The notes beneath the pieces were generated by a model that ran no database searches, was not told the origin of the DNA, and saw nothing but the letters and a program-made list of their open reading frames with translations. A DNA stretch of 64,000 nucleotides, taken from Bryobacterales bacterium (lineage in GTDB: Bacteria > Acidobacteriota > Terriglobia > Bryobacterales > UBA6623). Shown here in pieces: positions 42,827 to 53,500 of this stretch. Every line of letters starts with the position of its first letter. The stretch's first letter is position 1. The position numbers and the translations under genes were made by a program. The DNA lies in contig OY729427.2 in the NCBI GenBank assembly GCA_963422375.2, positions 928,001 to 992,000 on the forward strand, read 5' to 3'.

Positions 42827-44419
42827 TCAGGGCGAGCCTTGGCGAACGATACGCAGCAGGCCGCCCTGCGCGAATTCATCCCTGTCCTCCGCCTTCCGCT
42901 CGCCGACAAGGGCGAGGAGATCCCTAGCCCGCTCGGCATTGCCCAGCCTGCGATGCACCTGGGCCAGCTGGTAGGTGGCCGAGACCTCGGAGGGATCGAT
43001 CTCACGCGCCCGCTCGAGATGTTCGACCGCGTCCTCCAGCGCGTTTCGTCGCGCCAGCATTTTCCCCAAGAGCAGGCGCGACTGGAACAGGCCCGGGTGC
43101 AAGGTCACCGACCTCTCCAGCGCCCCGACAGCCTCGGCTTCCTCGTCCGTGCCGGGACGGGCACCCGACCGCTGGATGGCTTCCGCTAGGAACCAAAGCA
43201 CCAGGTAGTCGTCCGGCCTCCCGTCGCGCAGGTCGCGCAGCACGCGGGCGGCGTCCGAGAGACGGTCCTGCTGCATTAGGACGAGCCCTAGAGCCGCCCC
43301 GGGCAGGCCCTCGTCGGGAGCGAGCTCCGCCGATCGCCTGAAGGCGTCCTCGGCATCCTCGAACCGACCCTTCATCGCCAAGGCGACGCCGCGCTGGAGA
43401 TGCAGCCGGTGGGCATCGGGCAGGCGCTCGACGGAGATGTCCGAGATCTCGACACCGAGGTCGAAGTTCTCGTGGTCGAGGCACAGAGCAACGAGGTCGA
43501 CGTAATTCGACTCCTCCAATGGTTCCAAATCGGTCGCCTCGCGCAGGGCGTCGTAGGCGCGCTTGGTGTCTCCCGACGACTCGTACGCCTGCGAGAGCAA
43601 ATTCAGCAGCTCGGCAGTGCGGTGGCCCGCATCCAGTAGCGCTTCGCCCTCCCGGACCGCCTTCTCGGGCTGCCCGCTCCTGACGCGGGACAGCACCCGG
43701 TTGAAGCCCAGCTCGTAGGGGTCGGCGTCGGACCCTTCCGCAAGGTCGAACTCGCGCGCCGCCAGCGCGAAGCGCCCGAGGCGTGCCAGCATCAGGCCCG
43801 CCCGGAAGTGCAGCCGCGGGTGGGCCTCTCCCGGAATCCTTTCCAGCGCGAGTGCGGCCTGCTCGGGCCGGCCCGTCTCGAGCAGGGAGGTAGCGAAGTT
43901 GACCAGCAGCTTAGAGTCGCTACCGAGAAGTCCGTGGCTCTGCTCGAAGTGCATGACAGCCTTGGCGTGTCGGCCCGAGGCGAAAGCGACCTCGGCAAGA
44001 CCGAGGTGGGCCATCGGATCGCCCCGCGAGACCTGCAGCAACCGCTCGAAGTAGGTCTCGGCGGCTTGCGGGCGGCCGCGAGACATCTCGTGAAGAGCTA
44101 GGTTCTTCAGGGCGGATGGATAGCCCGGCTCAAGCTCTAGCGCCCGGCGGAACTCCCCGGCAGCAGCGTCGGCGTCGCCGCCGGAGGAGAGCGCGATGCC
44201 CAGCGTGTTGTGGAGACGGGCGTTGCCCGGAACTGCCGCTACGATCTCGCGCAGCAGCGATGCCGCCCCGGCCCATTCGCCTTCCCGCATGAGCGCGACC
44301 GCCCGCTGGTAGCGGTCACGGGGCGACTGCGCAGAAGCGACAAGCGGCGCGAGCGCAAGGGCCGCCATCGCGGCACCCGCCGCCAGTCGAGCCCGCAGGC
44401 ATTCGCCGCCCATCCGCAT
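42827..44419 (-). CDS. Secreted TPR protein
   Basis: Signal peptide; TPR units (LHNTLGIAL, AHLGLAEV, ATYQLAQV). Confidence 0.88.
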   Translation of the reverse strand: MRMGGECLRARLAAGAAMAALALAPLVASAQSPRDRYQRAVALMREGEWAGAASLLREIVAAVPGNARLHNTLGIALSSGGDADAAAGEFRRALELEPGYPSALKNLALHEMSRGRPQAAETYFERLLQVSRGDPMAHLGLAEVAFASGRHAKAVMHFEQSHGLLGSDSKLLVNFATSLLETGRPEQAALALERIPGEAHPRLHFRAGLMLARLGRFALAAREFDLAEGSDADPYELGFNRVLSRVRSGQPEKAVREGEALLDAGHRTAELLNLLSQAYESSGDTKRAYDALREATDLEPLEESNYVDLVALCLDHENFDLGVEISDISVERLPDAHRLHLQRGVALAMKGRFEDAEDAFRRSAELAPDEGLPGAALGLVLMQQDRLSDAARVLRDLRDGRPDDYLVLWFLAEAIQRSGARPGTDEEAEAVGALERSVTLHPGLFQSRLLLGKMLARRNALEDAVEHLERAREIDPSEVSATYQLAQVHRRLGNAERARDLLALVGERKAEDRDEFAQGGLLRIVRQGSP

Positions 44420-44623
44420 CGTCGCTCCCGCCGGTCCCACCGCATCCGCGCCAGTGCGCCGCCCATAGCTTACGCTAGCTTACGCTGCAACCGGTCCGTC
44501 GCAGTCGGTCAGCTTCCAAGGCGGCCTCAATAATGGGAGTAGACTTCGGGCCCGGGTCCGGATGCAAGCCGGTCTAGCCGCGCTTCCGAAGCATCCGAGC
44601 AGCCCCGACAGCGATAGCCTAGA

Positions 44624-45619
44624 ATGCAACTTCATCGCACTTTCACAGCGACAATCCTGGCCGCGACGCTAGCGACATCTGCCGAGTCGGTCGCTAACGG
44701 ACAGTGGTCCACGGTGACCGTGAACCAAGAGCCGACGGCACGGCACGAGACCGCCATGGTGGCGCTCGGCGGCACGGCCTACCTGATAGGGGGCCGGGGT
44801 ATCAAGCCCGTCGAGGCGTTCGACCCAAGCGCGCGGACCTGGCGGGAGCTCGGACCGACCCCGGTGGAAATGCACCACTCCCAGCCTGTTGCCTACGGCG
44901 ACTCGATCTACGTGATGACTGCCATGACTGGCAGGTACCCGAAAGAGACGCCGCTCGAGAACATCTACATCTACAGCCCGGCAGACGACACCTGGCAGAA
45001 GGGCGCGCCGGTTCCGGAGGGCCGTCGTCGCGGCGCCGCCGGAACCGCGGTCCACGAGGGAAAGATCTACGTGGCTTGCGGAATAGTGGACGGCCACACC
45101 AGCGGCACCGTGGCGTGGTTCGACGAATTCGACCCCAAGACTGGCGAATGGCGCCGGCTTCCGGACGCGCCGCGCGTCCGAGACCACTTCTCGGCGGTCG
45201 TGGCAGGAGGGCGCATGTACTTAGTGGGAGGACGCAACACGAGCTATCACGAGCCCGGAAACTTCACGGCGTTCTTCGGGGCCGTGATCCCGGAGGTAGA
45301 CGTTTACGACTTCGAGGCCGGCCGATGGTCTACCCTGCCGGCGAAACTCCAAGTTCCCGCCGCCGCGGGCGGCCTAGCCAGCTTGGACGGCGCGATCTAC
45401 TATTTCGGAGGTGAGACGGCGCAGAGGGCGGCGCATTCTGAAACACACCGGATCGACCTCGAGACGGGCGGGATCACGTTGGCCGCGCCGTTGCAGAGGG
45501 GACGCCACGGGGGCGGTACCGCCGTCCTCGACGGGAGAATCTACTTCGCCACCGGCAGCGGGGGCCGCGGGGGCGGCCCGGAGCTGTCTTCAACGGAAGC
45601 ATTCGACCCGAGCCCGTAA
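44624..45619 (+). CDS. Secreted Kelch-repeat beta-propeller protein
   Basis: Repeating R..H/YLIGG..YDP..W kelch units. Confidence 0.88.
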   Translation: MQLHRTFTATILAATLATSAESVANGQWSTVTVNQEPTARHETAMVALGGTAYLIGGRGIKPVEAFDPSARTWRELGPTPVEMHHSQPVAYGDSIYVMTAMTGRYPKETPLENIYIYSPADDTWQKGAPVPEGRRRGAAGTAVHEGKIYVACGIVDGHTSGTVAWFDEFDPKTGEWRRLPDAPRVRDHFSAVVAGGRMYLVGGRNTSYHEPGNFTAFFGAVIPEVDVYDFEAGRWSTLPAKLQVPAAAGGLASLDGAIYYFGGETAQRAAHSETHRIDLETGGITLAAPLQRGRHGGGTAVLDGRIYFATGSGGRGGGPELSSTEAFDPSP

Positions 45620-45717
45620 TTCGGTTGAGCCTCCGGTATCGCCCGATTGCTGCGCCCCAGTGCCCGCGTCGCTTTGGGCCCCGGTCACGAAAGCGCATGC
45701 GGCGGCGGTTGCGCGAG

Positions 45718-46443
45718 TCACGCCGGAGATGAGGCCGGGCGCGGCATTTCGTCCCAAGTTCGGCTCTCGAGCAAGCGGCCGCATCTCTTCTTGTTCCTGC
45801 CGCCCCACTGCTTGAAGAAGAACGGAACCTCCGCGCGACGGCACTGGTCGCGCAGATCCAGCACCCATTCCTGATGCATGGGCCGGGCCCCCGGGCCGGA
45901 CTCGCCGCCGACGATCACCCAGTCGATTCCGCCGAGGTCAAGCGCATCCACCGGACCGAGTAAGGGTTCCAGGGAGAGGAACTTGATCCGAGCGCCGGTG
46001 CGCTTCAGCCGATCAATGCGCCAGCGGCAGCCGTCGCTCTCGACGCTGACGCCCATCCATACATTCGCCGGCCATACCAACTCAGGGTCCAGACACGCCA
46101 AGCGCTCGGCACGCTTCGTCAGAACTTGGAAGCGGTGCCAGTGCGCCCGGCGCATGATGTCGAAGACTTGGTGGACGTATCCTAGCGGCACCCGCTCGTG
46201 AAACAGGTCGCTCATGGAGTTGACGAAAACGAACTGAGGCTTCTTCCACCGCAGCGGGAGCTCCAACATGTGTGGCTGGAGCGTTAGTTCGAAGCCGTTG
46301 GCGTAATTGGACTGGCCCATGGCTTGGAGTCGATTTGCCATGCGCTCCGCGTAGCAGTGCTTGCAGCCGGAGCTAATCTTCGTGCAGCCCGAGACTGGAT
46401 TCCACGTCGATTCTGTCCATTCGATGCCGGAGGATCTCGCCAT
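45718..46443 (-). CDS. DUF5131 (phage Gp37/Gp68 family) three-Cys protein
   Basis: IEWT..TWNPVSGCTKISSGCKHCYA, FVNSMSDLFH, LSLEPLL, WVIVGGESG, FFKQWGG. Confidence 0.93.
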   Translation of the reverse strand: MARSSGIEWTESTWNPVSGCTKISSGCKHCYAERMANRLQAMGQSNYANGFELTLQPHMLELPLRWKKPQFVFVNSMSDLFHERVPLGYVHQVFDIMRRAHWHRFQVLTKRAERLACLDPELVWPANVWMGVSVESDGCRWRIDRLKRTGARIKFLSLEPLLGPVDALDLGGIDWVIVGGESGPGARPMHQEWVLDLRDQCRRAEVPFFFKQWGGRNKKRCGRLLESRTWDEMPRPASSPA

Positions 46444-47349
46444 CACTGAACCTTCCTCAGCAGGTGATCCGCAACTCGAAGGCCAATCTTCTTTCCCTTG
46501 TTATTTCCTATGGCATAGCACAGTAGGTAGAGCGGAGACCCCTTACTATTGCGCAGCACTCCGGGCGTGTCGGCGACACCGACGAATACAGTCTTGAGCC
46601 GCTTGATGAAGTAGCGCCCTATGACCTCCATCGTGGCCTTGACGACGTCTTCCTCTTCATTCCCGAAGAGGTCTTTCCTAGATTCCCTTTTGTAGAATTT
46701 GCCGTACCAGTCGTCCGTACCCAAGAAAGCGTTGAGCTTTCGCCGCCATGTGAGGGGTACTTTGCCCGAGTTGGGCAGTAGCCGGTTGACCCCGATGCCC
46801 AGTGGAAAAAGCAGCCACAGGTCGATTGCCTGTGATTCCGCAACAGCTTCGACGGTATTCCATTCAACTTCCATCCCGTAGGGATCCAGAAAAAGTACGG
46901 CTCTATCACGTTTGCACAGTTGTGGGAGCAGCTTCCGGACAATCTTGTTCGCATCTCCTTGGCGTATCTGAATGGTGCTTGCCTGATGCGGGAAGTCATC
47001 CTTCAGGCCTTCCAACTTCTCACAGTAGTCTGGCCGAATATCGATGAAGATGTGAGAGTCGAACGGGGGTTGTGTCGCGAGAGCACGCCTCGGGGAACCG
47101 GCGAGCCAGGCTTAGCGGTGCATCCTCCGCGAGATCCGGGAACAAGGCGGGCGCGCTCGAGCGGCCTCCCTGTTTCAGCTCGATGTAGCCATTTCCTGCG
47201 AACGCATCGATGTACTTCGTTCTAAATCTCTGGTTCTTCATCACTTGGGTGTAGGCCCCAAGATAGCCCGACAGCACGTTCAATTTGGCCTCGGTCCAAG
47301 AGCCGCCGAAGCGATCATCTTCAGAGCGTTCTTTGGATCTTCGTGTCAT
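46443..47349 (-). pseudogene. tcmP: Three-Cys-motif partner protein TcmP with a single +1 frameshift near 47106
   Basis: FGGSWTEAKL, YIDAFAG, then shifted GSPRRAL..IFID, GDAN, FLDPYG; TGATG overlap with DUF5131. Confidence 0.85.
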
Positions 47350-47390
47350 CCTACCAGACTGCAGTGTGAACGCAGCGGAAGCTCACCTAG

Positions 47391-47741
47391 TCAATCCTTC
47401 TTGGATATGCGCTTCTCGTCGTCGCAAGTCTTCCGCGCCGCGATCCGACCGGCCGCATACCCTCGTTGCCAGTCCGTGGATTCATGCCAATGCGCCTTCC
47501 GCGTCGCCTTCGCAAGCGCTCGAACCAATTCGGCGGAGGTTCCGGGCGCTTTTCCGAGTCGCCATCCGTGTGTCATTTCGATCCGTCCGAAGCAGCGAGT
47601 CATCGCGATCCGATGAGCAGTGCTGAATCCATGAGCGTGCATGCTCTCGTACTTCACGCCGCCGCACTTGAACACACGCTTGTCCTCGGCGGTTGTCTGC
47701 ACTGCGAATAGCAGCAGAACGGCCATTGCTTTCTTGGTCAT
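47391..47741 (-). CDS. Small hypothetical secreted protein
   Basis: GAGAGGAAG RBS, signal peptide MTKKAMAVLLLFAVQ, 116 aa. Confidence 0.6.
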   Translation of the reverse strand: MTKKAMAVLLLFAVQTTAEDKRVFKCGGVKYESMHAHGFSTAHRIAMTRCFGRIEMTHGWRLGKAPGTSAELVRALAKATRKAHWHESTDWQRGYAAGRIAARKTCDDEKRISKKD

Positions 47742-48171
47742 TCTGTCTTCCTCTCCACGGAGCATGATCGAACAGCATATCCGGGAACGGGCTGGTGCTC
47801 ACGATTGCTTCTGTGACAGTCTTCGCCGTGGTGTTTACCACTGTAGCATAGATAGGAGACGATTGGCATCCGAAAATGGTTATCTACCCTGCCGGGAACT
47901 CATTCTCCGCTCTGTCGGGACTCCGATCAACAAGTCTTCGGTCGCGTACTCGGGTGGCAAACTCCGCCGTGGGTCGGTTGGTGGCAGGCGATCACCGAAC
48001 ACTCGCTCGGCAGATCTTAGAAATCCTACTTCTACACAACCGCTCGTAATCGAGAGACTTGTACCCTTACCCTGAATCGGTTCTGGACCCTGCCGCAACA
48101 AACGTCAATTCGAGCGAAGCAAAGCCACCTAGACGGGTAACCTCGCTTAGCGTGACACGCGCCACGGAGCG

Positions 48172-50028
48172 CTAGCGACCGCCCCGAATTGCTCGAATTC
48201 CTACAGGCCGACGGAGCTCGCCCGAGCCTTCCCTGAGGATCAGGACACCGTTCTCTTCGACGTCTAGAAACCTCTCAAGCCTCCCGCTGGGCCAAGCAAC
48301 TTCGACGCTCTCGACGGCACTGCGTGGACCGAGGCCGAAGTGCAGACGTGGGTCGTGCGCGGCTTGGTAGCTGCCCCCTCCCGTGCGCTCGGCCACTTGG
48401 ACGAATCCCTCGGACGACACCGTAACCCTCGCCCCGACACCGTCTCGGTTGGACTGAACGCCGACGAGTAGCACCTGAAGCCAGTTGTTGCCGTTCCCGC
48501 CATCGTTGCGGAGCAGCTGCGGCGCCTGACCATTGTTGGCGACCGCCACGTCGAAGTCGCCGTCGTTGTCGTAGTCCGCGAACGCCGCGGCCCTGCTGAC
48601 ACGCGGAAGGCCCACAGCGGGCCCCAGAGCGTCGCCCGGGGCCTCGAACAATGCTTCCACGTTTCGCAAGACTAGCTTGGGTTCTTCGTACCGCGTCCCT
48701 TCGTGAAACAGCTCGATGTTGTCCAGAACATGGCCGTTCGCCACGAACAGATCCCGCCAGCCGTCGTTGTCGTAGTCGACGAAACGCGTGCCGAACCCGC
48801 TGAGCTTGAAAGTCTTGTAGCCGATGCCGTCCTGGAACGTCGCGTCGAAGAATGTACCGTCCCCGAGATTGCGGTAGAGGCGGTCGAACTCAAAGTCCAA
48901 GTGAGTCACGTAGAGATCGAGCCAGCCGTCCCCGTTGTAGTCCGCCGCGTCCACGCCCATGCCAGCTTCGGCCTCGCCGTTCTCGCCTAGCGCCACGCCA
49001 GCGACGAATGCCACCTCCTCGAAGGTGCCGTTGCCTAGATTTCGGAACAGGAAGTTTGGCATAGAGTCGTTGGCGATGAAGACGTCCTGCCAGCCGTCCC
49101 CGTCGTAGTCGAAGCAGACGACTCCCAAGCTGTTGCCGGTATAGGCCGCAAGGCCCGAAGGCTCGGACGCATCCTCGAACTGTCCGTTCCCCAAGTTCCG
49201 ATAGAGGGTTGGCGCCTGCCCTCGGTACTTGTTGGGGTGGCAGTAGGAGCGGTACCCGGGCCGTCGCTCGCCGCAATGCAAGTTCCCTTCAGGGGACCAG
49301 TCCAAGTAATTGGCGATCGCGAGGTCGAGCAGTCCGTCAAGGTCGTAATCGAACCACGCTGCGCTCGTCCCCCACTTGCCCTGATTGGATGTACCAGCCC
49401 TCGCTGTGACGTCTCGGAATCTCCCATCCCCTTCGTTCCGGAGTAGGACAGAACGCCCGTAGCCGCTTACGGCCAAGTCCGTGTCCCCGTCGTTGTCGAA
49501 GTCACCGGCGGCTAGGCCCATCGCGAAGAGGTCTTCCAGCCCGACTCCGGTTCCGGGCCGGGCCAACTCGAATCTCCCATCCCCGGTCGCTCGATACAGG
49601 GCGCCGCCTAGCGGGCTGGGCGGATCGAACTTGTTTGTAGCCGCACTGTTGGCCAGATACAGATCAAGGTTGCCGTCCCCGTCATAGTCGAGCCACGCGG
49701 CCCCGCCCCCCATGGTCTCAATCAGGTACTTGTGGGCGGTCGCGGCGTTCTCGTGAACGAAGTCGATCCCTGATTCCCGCGTTACGTCAACGAACTCGAC
49801 TGTCACCCGCGCCAGGGCGTCTTCGCAATTCGCGGGAAGCGTAGCGTGCCATGGGGACGCGCCAGCGAGCAGCAGCCGGACGGCGACCTGCCACCCTCGA
49901 TCAAACAATGGCACCGGGCTCCCCGTCGCGAGCAGGTTCAAGCAGGCGTGCGCTGCACCGTAGGCTCGATGTGCATGTCCGCGCCGAGTCTGGCGTATCG
50001 GTGGGACGGCCGCTGTCTGATTCCGCAT
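48172..50028 (-). CDS. CRTAC1 family protein (FG-GAP repeats + ASPIC/UnbV), intact; true start probably further downstream
   Basis: KYLIETMGGG, DYDGDG/DFDNDG repeats, YCHP, NRDGVGARV, GGSYQA..LHFGLG..WPSG. Confidence 0.92.
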   Translation of the reverse strand: MRNQTAAVPPIRQTRRGHAHRAYGAAHACLNLLATGSPVPLFDRGWQVAVRLLLAGASPWHATLPANCEDALARVTVEFVDVTRESGIDFVHENAATAHKYLIETMGGGAAWLDYDGDGNLDLYLANSAATNKFDPPSPLGGALYRATGDGRFELARPGTGVGLEDLFAMGLAAGDFDNDGDTDLAVSGYGRSVLLRNEGDGRFRDVTARAGTSNQGKWGTSAAWFDYDLDGLLDLAIANYLDWSPEGNLHCGERRPGYRSYCHPNKYRGQAPTLYRNLGNGQFEDASEPSGLAAYTGNSLGVVCFDYDGDGWQDVFIANDSMPNFLFRNLGNGTFEEVAFVAGVALGENGEAEAGMGVDAADYNGDGWLDLYVTHLDFEFDRLYRNLGDGTFFDATFQDGIGYKTFKLSGFGTRFVDYDNDGWRDLFVANGHVLDNIELFHEGTRYEEPKLVLRNVEALFEAPGDALGPAVGLPRVSRAAAFADYDNDGDFDVAVANNGQAPQLLRNDGGNGNNWLQVLLVGVQSNRDGVGARVTVSSEGFVQVAERTGGGSYQAAHDPRLHFGLGPRSAVESVEVAWPSGRLERFLDVEENGVLILREGSGELRRPVGIRAIRGGR

Positions 50029-50575
50029 CTCGAAGTGCCGTAGATGACTGGAATCAGCCCGTCGAACCCATCCAGTCGTTCAGTCTGTCGCGCCTGGCGG
50101 AGTGGCCGCGCCGGACAATACCAGCCGAGGCTCGGGCAGGCCGACAAGGTCGGGAGCAGCCGGGGGGGCTGGTGACGACAAGCAGACCGCGGGTGCCTCT
50201 GCCCGCATTCCTTTCAAGAGTCGGTCCCGATCTCTCGTGTCCGATCGCGTCGGGAATTCCGAGTCTTTGAACGGCTGCAAGGCAAGATCTCACTACAGAA
50301 AGGCCCCACGACAATCGCTGTCGATCAGTACGACGCCTCGCCTACGTCGGATGCCCTCCTCGCGAAGACCTCGAGGCGGTTTGGGGCGATGGCGCACGCT
50401 GAAGGGTGCGTGGTACCAATCGAAGCGTTCATTCTTGGTGGACGTAGTCCGTCCAATCGAGGTTCCGCGGACTGCCTGCAATTCCCACCAGATGCCGCCC
50501 GAGAACCAAGTCGGCTGTCACCGAGGGGCCAGCTAACTAGACCCCCGGCTTAAGCCTAGTGCATGAACAACGGCG

Positions 50576-53500
50576 TCAGAAGATCACCTTGACTCCGAAC
50601 TGAATATTTCGTGCGCCGAAAGTGCTGGTGACTCGCCCGAAGTTGCCGCTCTGCAGGCTGCCGTTCACCGAGCCTAGGTTGACGTGGTTGAAGACGTTGA
50701 AAAACTCCGCACGCAGGTCGATCCGACCACCCTCGCCGAGTAGCGGCACGGGTATCTGCCGCAGCAGGTTGAGGTCCGCGTTGGCGAACCCCGGGTTCGT
50801 GAAGGTGTTGCGTCCCAGCGTGCCCGGACGGACGGTCTGCGGCTTCGGGAAGTCCGCCGCGGTGAACAGGCCATTGATGTAGTCCTGCCTGGAGGCTCCG
50901 TCGATCGAGCTTCCGAAAGCCGGGGTGTCCGGGTAATCGTTGTTGAATCCGTCGGCGTTGAAGTCGCAGCCGTTGTTGCCGACCATGTTGCCGCCGTCGT
51001 CGAAAACCGGATTGAAGGGCAGCCCGCAGTTGACCGTGAACGGTGACCCGCTCTGCAGGATCGAGGTCAGTCCGAACTGCCATCCGCCGAGGACCGCCTT
51101 GCCCGGGCCGTTCCGGAATGGCGACGGAATCTCGAAGATCAGGCTGGTCGCGAACTTCTGCCGCACGTCGAAGCGCGAGCGCCCGCGGTTCAGGCGCATG
51201 TTCGTCAGCTCGACTAGGTGCTCACCCGAGAAGCTGCTGCCGGTGTCGATCGCCTTCCCGAACGTGTAGGCCCCTTGGAATAGCAAGCCCCGCGCGAAGC
51301 GCTTCTTGAGGCTGAGGTTGCCTCCGTGGTAGTACGACTTGCCGTTGTTCTGCCCGTACGTGATGCTGCCGAAACTGGGGTTCAGGCGGTCCAGCCGCCC
51401 GTCCAGCAGATCGCCCGCGAAGCGGTTGACCTCGTAGTTCTGGTACAGTTTCGATCCCTGAGAGCCCACGTAGTTGGCTTCGACCGCCCAGTCGTTGCCC
51501 AAGGCGTACTGGATGCCGAAGAACCAGTTGATGGCGTATTGATTCTTCAGGTCCGGCTCCCAGATCTGGATCGCCGCCGGCACGCCGACCAGCCCGCCGC
51601 GCTCGTCCAAGCCGATCTGAAGATCCGGCGGGCGCGGGAACTGCCACGGCGACTCCAGGGTGCTGCTTAGCCCGTAAACCGGCTGCGCGTCGGTCTGCTT
51701 GCTGACGTCCGCCACCGCGAAGATCGGCAGGCTCGTGCAGCAGTCTCGGTAGAACTGGCCGCCGGGACGGTCGTAGAACATCCCCGCCCCGCTGCGGATG
51801 GACATCTTGCCCCGTCCGGTCGGGTCCCACGCAATGCCGATACGCGGCGCGACGTTGTTGCTGTCGGTCGAGGCAAGAGGCGGCCCCTGCCTCACGCCGA
51901 CGTCGGCGATCCGCTCCGTGAAGTTGCTGCCGCCGCGGAAGTTGGCGCCGACGAAGATAGAGTCCAGGTCGGTCGGAATCGGGAATGCCTCCCAGCGCAG
52001 GCCCCAGCTGACTGTCAGGTTCGGACGGACCTTCCAGTCGTCGTTGAAAAACACGCCGAAGTTCGTGAAGCGCGGGCGGAAGTCGAAGCCGCGAGCGTCG
52101 CCCGTGGCCGGGTCGAATCCGATGTTGCCGTGCGAGAAGGGGTCGTCCATGGCGAAATCCCAGATGTTGTTGAAGCCGTAGTTCGGGCGCTCCCAGACCG
52201 CGGCGAAAAGGGCGCCCGCGCCGGGGCAGCCGCTGTCGCAGTTGAAGTTCCCGCCGAACTTAAAGGAGTGCGACCCCTTGTTCCACGTGCTCACGTTGCG
52301 CCACTGCTGGTTGTTCTGGATGAAGACGGCGTCGGAGAAGCCCTGGCCGTAGGACGCGATCCCGGGCACGTTGATGGCGGGGATCTCTCCGCGCCCGATG
52401 GGCGCGTCGCCTTCGGCGTGCTGCCAGGACCACGAAAGCTCGTTGATCACGTTCGTCGAGATAATCCTCGTCCAGTTGAGGTTCGCGAAGGCCGTCCACT
52501 GCTCCTGCATCTTGGTGAACGCAGGGTAGACCGCCGGGCTGCCGAACAGGACCTGCTGGTTGGTGGTTCGCGCCACGCTGCCGTAGATCCGGTCCTTGCT
52601 CTCGTTGAAGTTGTGATCCACGCGGGTCGTCCATTGGATGCCGTCCCTAGGCAGCGTCTGCGCGAAGGACCCGCGCTCGGTCACAGCGAAGTTGCAGGGC
52701 ATCATGCCGATGGGCGTCTCGATGGGCGAGCTGCCCGCGCAGTCCGATCCCATCAGGGTCCCTGCCGTCTGCGCAACGCTCTTGTTGGTCAGGATATCCG
52801 GGAACTCGTTCATGACCATGCTGCTGATGTTGTCGGGGAAGCGCTCGCGCACCAGCCCGGCAAACTCCCGGCTGACGACGGTGTTGCTGAATCCGGCCCC
52901 GACGCCGGAGCGCAGGATGTCCATCGAAGCGAACGCGAAAGTGCGATTCCTGACGATCGGGGCGCCTAGGCTCCAGTTGGCCTCGTTGCGGCGGAATATC
53001 GGCACCTTCGGCTGGAAGAGGTTGCGCGCCTGCATCTTGTTGTTCGTGTGGTACCAGCCGAGCGTGCCGTGGTACTCGTTCGTGCCCGACTTGGTCACCA
53101 CGTTGACGAGGACCGAAGAATTGCGCCCGTACTCCGCCGAGAAGTTGTTCAGCGAGACGCGGAGTTCCTGGACGGAATCGGCGTTCGGATTGTGGTTGAC
53201 CACGCCGCCGCGCGGGCTGGCGTTGACCGACGCCCCGTCCACGTTGAAGCTGTTGGATTCCGCGCGCTGGCCGTTGCCGCTGAGGTTGACGCCGTACTCG
53301 GCGGAAAAGATGTCCCCAGTGGCTTGCGCGTAGGCCTGCCCGCCGCCGGACGGCAGGCCGACGACGCCCGGGGTCAGGACGACCAGCGTCATGAAGTTGC
53401 GCCCGACCAACGGCAGGTCCGCGACCTCCATCTCCTCGATCTGGCCGGAGACCTGCGCCTCGCCCGTCTCGATGAGCGGCGCTTCGGACGTCACACTCAC

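Noticed and set aside
50521..50548. Hairpin downstream of the TonB receptor as a terminator
   Set aside because: Imperfect stem and no U-tract; too weak to call.
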